Made by a program: the position numbers and the translations under genes | DNA from: Ruditapes philippinarum | Lineage: Eukaryota | Length of the DNA stretch: 64,000 bases | Assembly (NCBI RefSeq): GCF_026571515.1 | Contig: NW_026862585.1 | Location: 124,001-188,000, forward strand | Direction of reading: 5' to 3' | The notes under the pieces: model-generated | Seen by the model: the letters and a program-made list of their open reading frames with translations, nothing else | Database searches by the model: none | Told to the model about the DNA's origin: nothing | Part shown: positions 40,238-52,800 of the stretch, piece after piece | Layout: each line of letters begins with the position of its first letter | Position numbering within the stretch: the stretch's first letter is position 1

Positions 40238-40796
40238 ATACTTCAAGAAATAAATGATATCCATTGCGGAGGGCGTTTGCGGAATTTGGAATTAAAATAT
40301 AGAACATAAAAGTGCTTTGGTATAACAAGAATTTAAATGCTATTAGAACTAATCGACACTAATGCGCATATTCTTGATGGTTTTGTCCGAATTAGATAAA
40401 TCAATTGTGTATTCAAAGTAAATGACTTAAAAAAGAACATTGGAACATAACTTAAACTATAACTTAATCTGATTTACGTAATAGATCTTTGAGTTTGGAA
40501 TTCAGAGTGGTTTTATACTACATTTAATTGGAAGAAATGCTTTATGAAAAAAGTATGATAGCAATGAAGATTTTATAATGTTTGCATTATATACATATGT
40601 TTTACAATGTTTTAGCATTGTTTTCTGATATATTTTTAGATTGTTAACATTTAATGAAATTGTTATCGCTATTGTTTTGTATTATTTATTATATTGATAT
40701 TGAATAACTGCTTAATGCGAGGATTTGTGTTAGTATATTTATAAAGTCTATTTGTGTTATATTCGTTAAAAGATTATGTATTTATAATTTATTTTG

Positions 40797-40802
40797 AATA
40801 AA
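40797..40802 (+). terminator. Putative polyadenylation signal of the 2xVWA gene
   Basis: AATAAA followed by T-rich sequence, about 560 bp after the stop codon. Confidence 0.35.
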
Positions 40803-43800
40803 ACAAATTTTAGGAACGTTTTGATTTCTTTTTTAACAATCTTTGCTGAATATCTTTGTATCTTTATGCATCAAAGAGACGATTACAAGCAATATATACA
40901 TTTGTATATAAAGCTTTAACAATGCTAAATATTTTAAATGTACTCAATCATTAATCATTTTTGAGACAATTTCAAAACATGTTCTGACTGAAAAGCGAAT
41001 AATATAGACCATGATCTGACAGCGCGAAAGTACTGGCTTATCGTAGTCTGAGCTGGTTGCATTAGTAGAACCTACTGCCACCAAGAGGTTATTAGGTGTT
41101 AATCATATGATAGCTTTGAGCATAAATCTCGCAATGTTGTTATATCTTAATCACGAGATGCTGATGATTTCAAATCCCATGACAATTGTTTTTCTTTTTT
41201 TTAAATAAATATCATGGCACCGTTACGTTTAGATGGCTTGGCGTTGTGAAGTCGAGATCACATAACAATGTTAAGTCCAAATCGTGCGCCTTTGTAAAGT
41301 TTATACCAACACAAGTAAACGAGAATCCACACCGATTTTTCAAATCCTATGAAAGAGGAACTTCCAAAGTACGAGTACACTGTACCTCTAATTGCGCAAT
41401 TTCAGACACAGATTTAGGTAAAAAACAGCGACTTTATACACATCATTGCTTTATGAACTTACCATATTGCAAAAGTAAACATAAATCTGTCAAATATCAA
41501 TGAGAACCATAAAACGTACGTCTCTAGACATAATTAATTATTTGTAGAATTAGATAATTAGATAATTGCATATTGACTTATATAATGCTAAACAGCTTTG
41601 TTCAAGTAAACATGCAGTTAACTAACTTGATGCCAATCACTGTAAAACAGTAAACCCGGTATACCCTCTCAAGAAACACATGCTTCTACTTCAAGTTATT
41701 ACAACATGCGACATTCGGGTTATTTTGGTATTGATGTAAATAGGTACATTAGACAGTAACACTTACATATGGATTTTGTTTAAACGTTTTATGTAAATGG
41801 TTCTATTATTATGAAATATTCGACCACAAAAATGTAAGACTTTCGAGCTAAAGTATTTTAAGTTCATTTAATAAATAAATACTAAGTAACCTGATTTTGT
41901 AAAGAATGCATGCGCTTAAATGTTGAATATTGTTCATATTCACCAGATTTTGAGGAAATATTGACATAAAACTTTCAAAAGGAAAATCACAATAGTGATT
42001 TCTTGATCTGTCAATAAAAAAGTTAATTGCATTTAATTCGTACTGGCAAAATAAAGAAGGGCAATGAATGAAGTTCAAATGTAAAAGACAAAAGGAATCA
42101 TTTGAAGGATTATACAATCATTCAACAACGAAAATTCTCGTTTTTAATAGGCTAAGCCTTTCATGTATTAGGCTTGTAAAAGCTGATACATGTATTCTTA
42201 TGATAAAAACGTCACTGCCGCAAAATGATACGTAAATATCTGGTCAAATATATCATTGAAATAGAAAAAAAAATCAGATCAATACAAAATTTTTAATTAA
42301 TGTGCGCTCTACATGCGGTTAAAATTGAAAAGAGTGTATTAAATTCTTTGTCGTTAAACTTAATATCGATACTTGCAGAATGTTCATGTACAAAAAGAAA
42401 CATTTATTCTACTTTGATAAATTAACATTCGAGGAAAATTACTGAATCAAGATAATTCTTATGTTATAGTTTAGTGATTATTGTAGATTACCGGTACGTT
42501 AACTATATTATGCTCATTTTTTATTTTTGTAACCGCGATTTATTACGAGACGACAAAAAAAATCTAATATGGGAGAGTGTACATGTAAATGATTAAGACA
42601 TTTTGAATATTGTAATTTAACGTTGAAGCATACATTAATCTGCGATAGTACAGAAAATTAAGCAGTTTTATAAACAGTTGGTTGGTTATAAATTGCTATA
42701 GTTCTAAATCTGTCTTACACGGCTGCTGATAAAACATGAATCGTAGATATTTTATAAGTGATAAGGACCTTACTTGTTTAAATCTTAAAGAATTTCTAAT
42801 TAAGCTCATTAGTTTGAATAAATGAGTAATTAATGAGGTTTTAAAGAATGAAAACATTGTTTTAAGCAATGGAATGGTATCAAGCATCTTCTTGTATCTC
42901 GTTATATAATTAGATTTAAAAGTAGATTATCATTAAAGGAATCATAAAGTTTTCAGAACTTTTAACATTTTCAAATCAATAATGATTCTGTTTCATGAGT
43001 ATTATAATACCCTAATGGCCCTATTCAAGCAGCACTTTTCTTAAATGATAAAATCTGACAACATTTTTTTTTGTAAATTTGAAACTTTATGAAACGTAAC
43101 AGTAAAAAAAACCTTGATTTATTTGTTCAAAGCTGTACTTTTGTAAATCATCATTAAATGTCTGCAATGATTTTTTCACCCATATTTTTGAATTCTAATC
43201 GAAACAGTTCCTTTTTGTTACTTACTTCGTTTTATCTTGTATGAATAGATATTTTTCTTTTGGGTGGTAATGCACACGTCTAAAACAAAGGCTCTTCGTT
43301 CTAATGCGGAATAAACTATCCAAGTTTATTACTACAGCATATGTTAATATTAAAACCATTTTTTCTTTATCTACGTATATTTCACAGAGCAGCAACACAA
43401 TGATTATGATTCAGCTCAATTCACTTCATAAAGTACCAACATAAATATTTGTTTTATTATGTAATATGTTTTGCATTGTTGGCGAGGTAATATTAATGTA
43501 AGCAATAATAATAAAATTAATAGCATTTTTATGGTCTGCCACCATCAGTTATGATTGTATGAAACTCTCGTTAACATTTTTATTGAGTCATTTTCTTTCG
43601 TATTAATATTTTTTACAAAATGAAAGCATCAAATAGGTTTTAGTTTGCAAGACAAACAACTTAATTTGTATTTTGTTTTCATTAGCACGTATTTTTATAT
43701 CAACTCAAAACTTGATAAAAATCTCAATAAAAATGCTCTCCATTTGCTTGTATTTATTTAAACTAAATGTCGACAGGCATGGATCTGTTTAAGGCCCATT

Positions 43801-44894
43801 ATGCACCAGAAATTATTTTATTTTTCTTTCTGAAAAACTTCCTGTTTTCGTCTTCGAAAAGTTACTCATTGCCCAACTATTTGTAGCATGTTTCGCTTCT
43901 GTTGCTTTTTGAAAATAATGCAATTATAGTATTAAAGTACTGTGCTTACATGTGTACATGTGTTTACTTTTATGACAAATAACTTCGTTTGCATTGCTAC
44001 ATTCTTACATGCTCTATAACCATTATTCAAACAAAAAAATCATTTTGTCTTTTCTAAGAATTGAAAACTGTTTTGTGGGCCACAAATAATGGTTTTGCTT
44101 TAATTTTGTCTGAATACTATCAGTTGAAGGAGTCCTCTATTTTCGTTTGGTTTTTTTATTAATCGTTCTCTCTTAGTTTTCTTTTTTAGAATTTATGTCA
44201 TCACTATCATCTTTATTTTTTGACGTTTCTCTCTATATTTATCTGTCTATCAATGCCACTAACTTGAGTGTTTCCAATAAAACTTTTTTTATTTAGATGT
44301 ACTCAATGTTTTCTTGTTTGATATTCTAGACGATGTAAGATCCATAAACAGCAGTGAAACAACACTAATTTTGAAAATAAAATACTCGATTTATTTGAGT
44401 CTATTCATTAGAGATAATAAAAAATGCAAATTCTCTCAATACGGTATCGCTAATTTAAGCGGTTTTCAATTTGCAACAGTTACATGCACTAAATGACATC
44501 TTATAAAATTCCTATTAAGCATTTTAATAGTTAACGCTGTTTAATCAGATGTGATATATTTCTGAGTTCTTAAAAAAAAATCAGTGTTAAGTTTTAGATG
44601 CTATTCCCTAGTAAGTTGGTTTCAACTACATCATGCATTAACCTCTGATGTTTATGACTAGGTTTGAGCTTGTAACTTTTTGAATGATAATTAACGTTTA
44701 CATGCTAGACAACCTTCAAAGTTTAATTAAAGCACAGAAGGCGCTGAATTTGTTTGGGTCTCAAAATGTAAGAAAAGTACAGGTTGTGAGATTATAGTGC
44801 CACCAATGCTTTCTAGCGTTTTAATTGAAGTAAATTGGCTATAAGACTTATTGCAACACTGATATTCAATCCAATGTTTATTTGACTTAAACAA

Positions 44895-44985
44895 TTTGAA
44901 AAAAAAAGAGTTTTCCTTTACTGGGATTTGGACTCCAGACCTCTCGCTTCCTAAGCGAGTGCGAAAACCCCTCAGCCACGGTGAA
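44895..44985 (-). pseudogene. tRNA-like sequence (repeat-borne), copy 1
   Basis: Minus strand GTGGCTGAGGGG..CGCACTCGCT..GCGAGAGGTCTGGAGTCCAAATCCCAG followed by a T-run; acceptor stem degenerate. Confidence 0.45.
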
Positions 44986-45369
44986 TTTATGTGTGAACGG
45001 CCTGAAGAAAACAATATTATTCTAAATTAGGGCTTGTAACGACTTTAACTGTTGTTTAACACAGATGTAAATAATCCTGGAGCTTACTATAAGCATGTAT
45101 ATTTATAAAGAATCAAAGGGCTGCAAGTTCTGTGGTATTTTCTGATCTTTGCAATCTAAATCGTACTGTATATCTGTATGTATTTTCCTGTATAAGTTTA
45201 TTTTTATGTACTATAATTCATCTCGCAAGGCACCAGAGTTTGATACATACGGAATTTTGCATAACTAGAGTTGCATCAAAAAATCATTTATGTTCATTTT
45301 TTACGACAGCCACACTTTATCCTTGCATATCATGACTACTTTCTTAACAAAGACAATTAAAAAAGAATT

Positions 45370-45452
45370 TAAAAAAAAAAAGTTTTCCTCGACTGGGATT
45401 TGAACTCCAGACCTCTCACTCACAAAGCGAGTGCGTTACCCCTGCACCACTG
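45370..45452 (-). pseudogene. tRNA-like sequence (repeat-borne), copy 2
   Basis: Minus strand GTGGTGCAGGGGTAACGCACTCGCT..GAGAGGTCTGGAGTTCAAATCCCAG followed by a T-run. Confidence 0.45.
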
Positions 45453-46379
45453 AGAAGTTATACAAACAGTCTGAATAACATCAAGTCATTCTAAATTAGA
45501 ACTTCCATTGCATTTCGGTTTGTAATCCTTATTAATTACGAGGGCTTATGTTCTGGATAAACCTGTTGTTTAAAATTGAAGTAAATAATTTAGCGAAAAC
45601 CTTCTCGCCTAAACAGTCCGACATGTAGAATCTATATATTCCACTACTCCGTTTGTGTAGTATTCGGTAATTGACATCGCTAAACTTAGTATTTTCATTG
45701 ATAAAATCATATTCATCCGCGTAATTTGTGTTTGTGCATTTATTGACAATTCTATAAGCCAACGCTATTTTTAAACTTTGAATGCGTTGTAATTTGTTGG
45801 ATACTTGTAACAAAATAAAAGTATTTCTTTCTTTTAAATCGCTAGTTTTAAGCTGTTTTGAGAACTACTTGTTGTTAGGTTTTTCGTGAAACTTCTGTGT
45901 CAGAGATTGAATGTCCGCTTTGTATTTACTTATTTTCGATCAGAAAATACAATAAAACAATATTAGAAATCTTCAACCATTCGGGAATTATTTTGCTTGA
46001 AAATTAATACGTCTGTCTTTGACCATCTTAACGCAGTGATTTCCCCTGAATTTTTCGGCGTTAGTGTACATATAAAGGGAAGTAACCGCTTCAAAAAAGT
46101 TGACTACTTTCGGCATTTGCAATTAACAGCATTAGACTCTGAAATTTCGCTACCATTATTTGTTTGGTCAGACGACCCAAACAAATAAAAATTGTTATTC
46201 TGAAACATGCCTATGCTAAATTCATATCATTATTTGTGTACACAAACTTACAAATCTTTTCTTTTCTCATGTCGCCAAACGAAAGCATTTTTTTATCATA
46301 TTTTAAGATGTGCGTGAAGTTAGCCGGACAGCCGGAGCAGCCAGAACTAATTTTCGTCTACTCCGGCTGTTCTGGCTAC

Positions 46380-47808
46380 TCCGGGTATAGGTGTGTCCGT
46401 CGGGAATACACGGGTATTTTGCCGACGGTGAGCCGACAATCGTTCTAGACAGCTCATATCTGGCGAATTCCGGCTGGCCCCTGTGGGGAACAGACTCAAT
46501 TACGCAGAACCACACATGGTGGGATGGTTAGGGGGTCTGACCGGGTGTCCGCAGGTATAGGTGTGTCCGTCGGGAATACTCTGGTATTTTGCCGACGGTG
46601 AGCCGAAAATCGTTCTAGACAGCTCATATCTGGCCGATTCCGGCTGGCCCCTGTGGGGACCAGACTCAATTACGCAGAACTGCACATGGTGGGATGGTTA
46701 GGGGGTCTGACCGGGTGTCCGCAGGTATAGGTGTGTCCGTTGGAAATACTCTGGTATTTTGCCGACGGTGAGCCGAAAATCGTTGTAGACAGCTCATATC
46801 TGTCCAATTCAGGCTGGCCCCTGTGGGGACCATACTCAATTGCGCAGAACCGCACATGGTGGGATGGTTAGGGGGTCTGACCGGGTGTCCGCGGGTATAG
46901 GTGTGTCTGTCGGGAATACTCTGGTATTTTGCCGACGGTGAGCCGAAAATCGTTCTAGACAGCTCATATCTGGCCAATTCCGGCTGGCTCCTGTGGGGAC
47001 CAGACTCAATTACGCAGAACTGCATATGGTGGGATGGTTAGGGGGTCTGACCGGGTGTCTGCAGGTATAGGTGTTCGTCGGAAATACTCTGGTATTTTGC
47101 CGACCACGAGCCGAAAATCGTTCTAGACAGCTCATATCTGGCCAATTCCGGCTGGCCCCTGGTGGGACCAGACTCAATTACGCAGAACTGCACATGGTGG
47201 GATGGTTAGGGAGTCTGATCAGGTGTCCGCGGGTATAGGTGTGTCCGTCGGGAATACTCTGGTATTTTGCAAACGGTGAGCCGAAAATCGTTCTAGACAG
47301 CTCATATCTGGCCAATTCCGGCTGGCCCCTGTGGGGTCCAGACTTAATTACGCAGAACCGCACATGGTGGGATGGTTAGGGGGTCTGACCGGGTGTCTGC
47401 AGGTATAGATGTGTCCGTCGGAAATACTCTGGTATTTTGCCGACGGTGAGCCGAAAATCGTTGTAGACAGCTCATATCTGGCCAATTCCGGCTGGCCCCT
47501 GGTGGGACCAGACTCAATTACGCAGAACTGCACATGGTGGGATGGTTAGGGAGTCTGACCAGGTGTCCGCGGGTATAGGTGTGTCCGTCGGGAATACTCT
47601 GGTATTTTGCCGACGGTGAGCCAAAAAATCGTTCTAGACAGCTCATATCTGGCCAATTCCGGCTGGCCCCTGGTGGGACCAGACTCAATTACGCAGAACC
47701 GCACATGGTAGGATGGTTAGGTGGTCTGACCGGGTGACCGCGGGTATAGGTGTGTCCGTCGGGAATACTCTGGTATTTTGCCGACGGTGAGCCGAAAATC
47801 GTTCTAGA
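46380..47808. repeat. GC-rich ~170-bp tandem satellite, about 8.5 copies
   Basis: GGTATAGGTGTGTCCGTCGGGAATACTCTGG recurs near 46384, 46554, 46724, 46894, 47064 and on to about 47743, with high identity. Confidence 0.95.
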
Positions 47809-47929
47809 ATGAGATTAAATTGCAGCCCCTTGAGCAGTTATACAAAACAATAACATTTCATATCGTTTCAGAATCTGTAAAGTAATTATTCATTCAGCGG
47901 ATGAATCACGTGACGCTTACATATTTCGT

Positions 47930-48195
47930 TGCCTGCAAGGGCAACAATTTCATTTCATTATTTGCAAGGGGCAAACAATCCTATTTCATTATCAGTTCTG
48001 CAAGCTGCGACCTAGCTAAATTCTTATCTGTTAAGGGCAATACACCTACTCAATTGTCTGCAAGCGGCAACAATCCTATTTAATTATCTGCAAAAGACGA
48101 CACGCCTATTTCGTTATCTGGAATGTTTGACGATAGATTTAGTACGTTATCTCCAAGGGATGACACTCCTATTTCGTTATCATCTAGCGGCATAT
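47930..48195. repeat. Degenerate ~33-bp tandem repeat, about 8 copies
   Basis: CTGCAAGGGCAACAATCCTATTTCATTAT-like units. Confidence 0.7.
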
Positions 48196-48503
48196 GAAGC
48201 AATATTGATAATATGTAGCATAACAATAATAACATAATAATGTCAGAATTTCAGTTAGATAACAGAATCCTGTAAGATAATATTCAAAATATAGTTTCAT
48301 TAGTATTTTATTCTTTAATGAGGCCTTTTCTTAATTGTCAGCATACAGTGATATGGGCATTGTTTTCGTTTATCTGAAAATGTCATGTTAATGTCAAATG
48401 TTTAGTGATAAGCCACGAAAAAACAACAACATTTGCCAATATATTGTTGGTTGGGCGAGGAAAATGAACCGTATGAACTTAATGTAAATGAACTGAATGG
48501 AAC

Positions 48504-48505
<2 letters not shown>

Positions 48506-48538
<33 letters not shown>

Positions 48539-48620
48539 TGATAATAATAATAATAATAATAATAAAATTATGATGATGATGATGATAAAAATAACAATGA
48601 TAATAATAATAAGAAGAATA
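48506..48620. repeat. (AAT)n/(GAT)n microsatellite
   Basis: Read directly from the sequence. Confidence 0.9.
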
Positions 48621-49896
48621 ACGGTAACGATAAAACTAATGGTGATAATAACCCTAAATATTAACTACTAAAGTGGATTGGTCTACAATGAGCATATTTT
48701 TCATAAGTATTTCAAATATTGATAAAACAATTAAACAGTATTATTTGAATATTCATATTGTTCTTGAAAAAAGAAAGCTGACCGAGTGATTATGTATCCA
48801 CATTTATATGATAAAATCTAATGTTATTTTTATCGGCTATTATAAATATGAATTCTCGAATTATGTTCGCAAACATAGACATATAATTCTTTCATTGCTG
48901 TTACGTATGACACTAAATACTATCTATATAATAATATATGGTCAATTATGGTTAATTCACTTTGAAGTGATATTATATCTATCTAAGTTTATATAGCGAT
49001 TGAAAAGTTTTAAGTCAAATTCATTTTTCATTTTACCATAATTCATCGCAATTTTTACAATATATTCGCATGTCGAATGAAACTCACATGATCAAAGGAA
49101 ATTTCTGTAAATATCCATTGAAATTTACCTAATTTCAATTTCAAATATCAACTGTTAGTCAACCCCAATTACAACTGTTAATCTTTTGAAATATATAATC
49201 AATTCAGCTCATCATGACAATGAAATTTTGTGAGCAGAATTTTTATTTTTAAAACATTTAAACTAAAGCTAAGCTTCTGTGGGTATAAAGGGTATGAATC
49301 CTATGTTCGAACTGACAACCACTAAGATATATTAATTTAACTCACTACAGTGTTGGAGCAATACCTCTAGACGCTATCACGTATAAAAAATATCGCTTTT
49401 ATGCCGATCCGTACATTTTTCTTTCATGATAGTTTATAAATTTGTGCGGACGGAGAGATGAATTAGACGTATTAAAATGCTTTTAGGCGTTAGTAAAGGC
49501 AAAATATTTTAGCATCTGGTCATTCAAACGCCTTGTCTGGTATAAACCGGAATACGGTATTTAGTGTGGGACACCAACACGCTTTTTTAATCTCACTCAT
49601 GAGATATCTATATATATTGACATATACTATTATCAAGTCATCATAGTAGATATAATGGTTGTACAAAAGACTAGAACAGGAAATGTTTCAGAGACCATTG
49701 CTAAGATATTGGACGTTAATAGACAATATCGCTTATGAGCCAGTTTGGAACAAAACATTATCGCTAATTGCACATCAATTTGATATTATCTTCGATATAT
49801 GGCATAAATTACTTGCTGTAAACATGTGACAGATAATAATTATTTTGCCTGTAAAGTCTCACTATTTCATAATATTGTTACGATTGTTACAGTAAA

Positions 49897-52800
49897 ATGT
49901 TTTGGAATGTGTTTAAATATATATTTTGTTTTGTAATTTTGATATTTGCAGTGTATTCACAAGGTATTTATTTATAAATAATATTTGCTTTAAAACAATT
50001 GTGTTCGTTTTTAAAGATATACGTTAATTGCAATTTATATATAAAATACAATTAAAATGTTTATACATCAACTTGCTCGCATTGTCCGTAAAACACAGTG
50101 ATCTTTTTTTATTTTATTCATGACATTTGTAATATCGGTTTAAATAAAAAAATAAATCATTAGATGAAAGATTATGTCAAATTACTTAATATGAAACATT
50201 TAACATGTTAAATTGGCAATTCTTTCAGACTGTAACATGGGTGGGTTCACATACAAGGATTCAAAGTACATACTGTCACGTGAACCAAGGACCTTGTACT
50301 CGTCAAAGGTAAAATAAAACATGAACGCATGAAATCTAAATAATTTTCAAAAAGATAATGTATTTTAATGCTCTGCTGCGTTTGTACATTTGTCTGTACA
50401 TAATATTTTCGTTTCAGCCAAATCACGGCTTGTAAAGAACAAGAGCTTCCTCTTTCGGAGGTAAACTATAAATTGCGCTATCTCTCCCTTTGAGTTAGTG
50501 CATGTCGCTGAATTTAAGTATCAACAAAGACATTATGTTGTCTTGTTATAAAAATTTTGTAAACTCGAATATCGAAAATCAATGAAAACTATACCATGTA
50601 CATTTGATTGAAGTTTCAAGCGATGTTAATGTAATGATTTTTTTATCTGTATCCTCAGCGGCGTTTCCCGTTTAGCGAATTTAGCGTTGAAATGGACTGT
50701 TTCATCACGATAGAGTTGTAATTAGCTATCCAGAATATTATCGATTACGTTTTAAGTAAATGTTTTGTCTAGAATGTAATTTAAATCTAAATCGAAAAAC
50801 AAAAAAAAGAATAAAGTAGATTTTGATGAAGGTCTGCTCTACCGCAAATTACCTACACGAAGCCTTCTACGTACCGTCTGCGTGGAAACACGGACCCCGC
50901 AGCATTAGCAAGGTCATTTTGAAGAGAAGTTGCTGTCAAAAACAAGACATGCTTAACCGACAAAAAACCAATCCTGCGCTGGTATTGTGACCCTTTGCGG
51001 ACCTTCATCTTGCCTCCTTACGTGTGTACCATGTAGCCGGACTCCCTCCCAGGCTCTGGTTATGACGGTATGGTGTACACTAAACGCCGCACCAATCTGG
51101 CAGAAGGTGTCTCCCTGCTGTACTATCCCTACAGCCCTCCATAACTCTGCTTCTATCAAATGCCGCCTAATGTAAGCATCCGCCATATCGAAGTGACAAA
51201 TGCAAGAAATATAAGCTGAATGACAATAAGCCAGTTATGTCACTGTATAACAAAGACATATGATTGTATACCCCATCAAAAACATAAACATATTGGAGTT
51301 CATGCTTTCCATGCTACCTAGGCGAGTTGTAACGAATTAGTCAACACGGATTCATGTCAGGGGCAAGCCTCGTTACCGTCCAATGGGCGGGTCACCTCAG
51401 TACGGATATTCCGATCCGAACCGCAAAATATGACAGATATTATTATTATACTTGTATAAATATAAAAATTAACTCATGGTGCTTAGCAACGTAGCAAAAG
51501 GTAAGCAGTATATACGTGTGCATTTAATATGACAGTTATGTTTTTATAATAAATTACCAGGGGATGTGAGTGAGCGGGCATCTTTGCATTCAGCTTTTAT
51601 ACATGGCGCCCGTTCAATAAAGGTACATGCTCGCGTAATTTTATCCGTTAATGTATGCGTTATTTTCCTTAAATTTTCACGTGCGTGCTCAGTTTGTGTG
51701 CAAGAATGTTTGATATACATGTATACAATGAGAACGGATGTACAATGTCACATTATTTTAAGTTCCAAACTTCCAAAACAAGTGCAAAGATTTGAGATTT
51801 GTTGTTAATTTCTTAAACTATTTGTATCATGATCGTATTTGGTGCACTTTTAATCAATTCTCTGATTACACGTAATTTTTATAACAGATACATTGCGAAA
51901 CCATTGGAACACGTCTGGTGACAATCGGAACTGTATCGGAATACCATATTCTCCAAGGAAACAGTGAGTTTACACAAACATGCATACATTTTTTTTAAAT
52001 AATTATTTTTCTTTCCGTAAGCAATTATATACACACATAAACGGGTAGAGTTTCCTTATTACATGCCTTACATGTCACAAATGTGTTCTGTTGTTATATT
52101 TCTACCCTTTCCATATCAAGAAATATTCCCTTGTTTCTTTTTGCATAGTTATAAAGCATTTGACTTCTATGGAGATGTGATTTACAAACTTCGTAGGATC
52201 ATGGGTCATTGTAATTTTTCTGCCGTCTTCACTAAAATTATCAAACGGTTTATTAAAAGAGGTTATGACCCAATTATTATAAGGCATACCGCATGCTTGG
52301 TGTTCAACCCTTTTACAGTTTGACGCTACGCTTTCCTCTTTTAATTACATCTGACGGACCAAGTGGGAGACTCTATGATGGACAGTTTAAGATCTAGTTG
52401 GTCCTTTGGGACTGAATTGTCTAAATGTTCGTCTTCTGCCTTGCTTCGTCGGGCCATTGTAGGTAATTTTCTTGTTGCTCTGCCTTCCTTTAAGGCATCG
52501 AGTACTTTGGTAATGGTCATTAGGGTGTAACTTTTTTTACATATTTACATAATTTTGTATGTGTTTTATTTATTTCGTCTTATGTAACCATGACCATTGT
52601 TAGAATTTCACTTGGCGGGGATTAATTTTATACACATTTTCGTGTCATTCAGGAACATATTGGGGCTAAGAGTGAGGTTTGGCGCGCCTAAAACCGGTTT
52701 AAACTCGCCAGTGGTTTAACTACCACTGACCGTTCCAAGGCGGTACCCCTTTGTGTTCCTTCACGTGTTTTTCTTGTCTGTATTGTTACTTGTTTTTGGA

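Noticed and set aside
46303-47533. Series of similar 61-119 aa ORFs on the minus strand
   Set aside because: By-products of the GC-rich ~170-bp satellite; the unit length is not a multiple of 3 and indels are present.
50418-50460. AG/GT-bounded candidate exon (QITACKEQELPLSE)
   Set aside because: Phase is incompatible with the lectin reading frame (gives TAA); 51888-51963 is the correct next exon.
52340-52400. Hammerhead ribozyme expected in a Penelope-like element
   Set aside because: Only CTGACGGA was found, with no CUGANGA plus GAAA core in correct stems.
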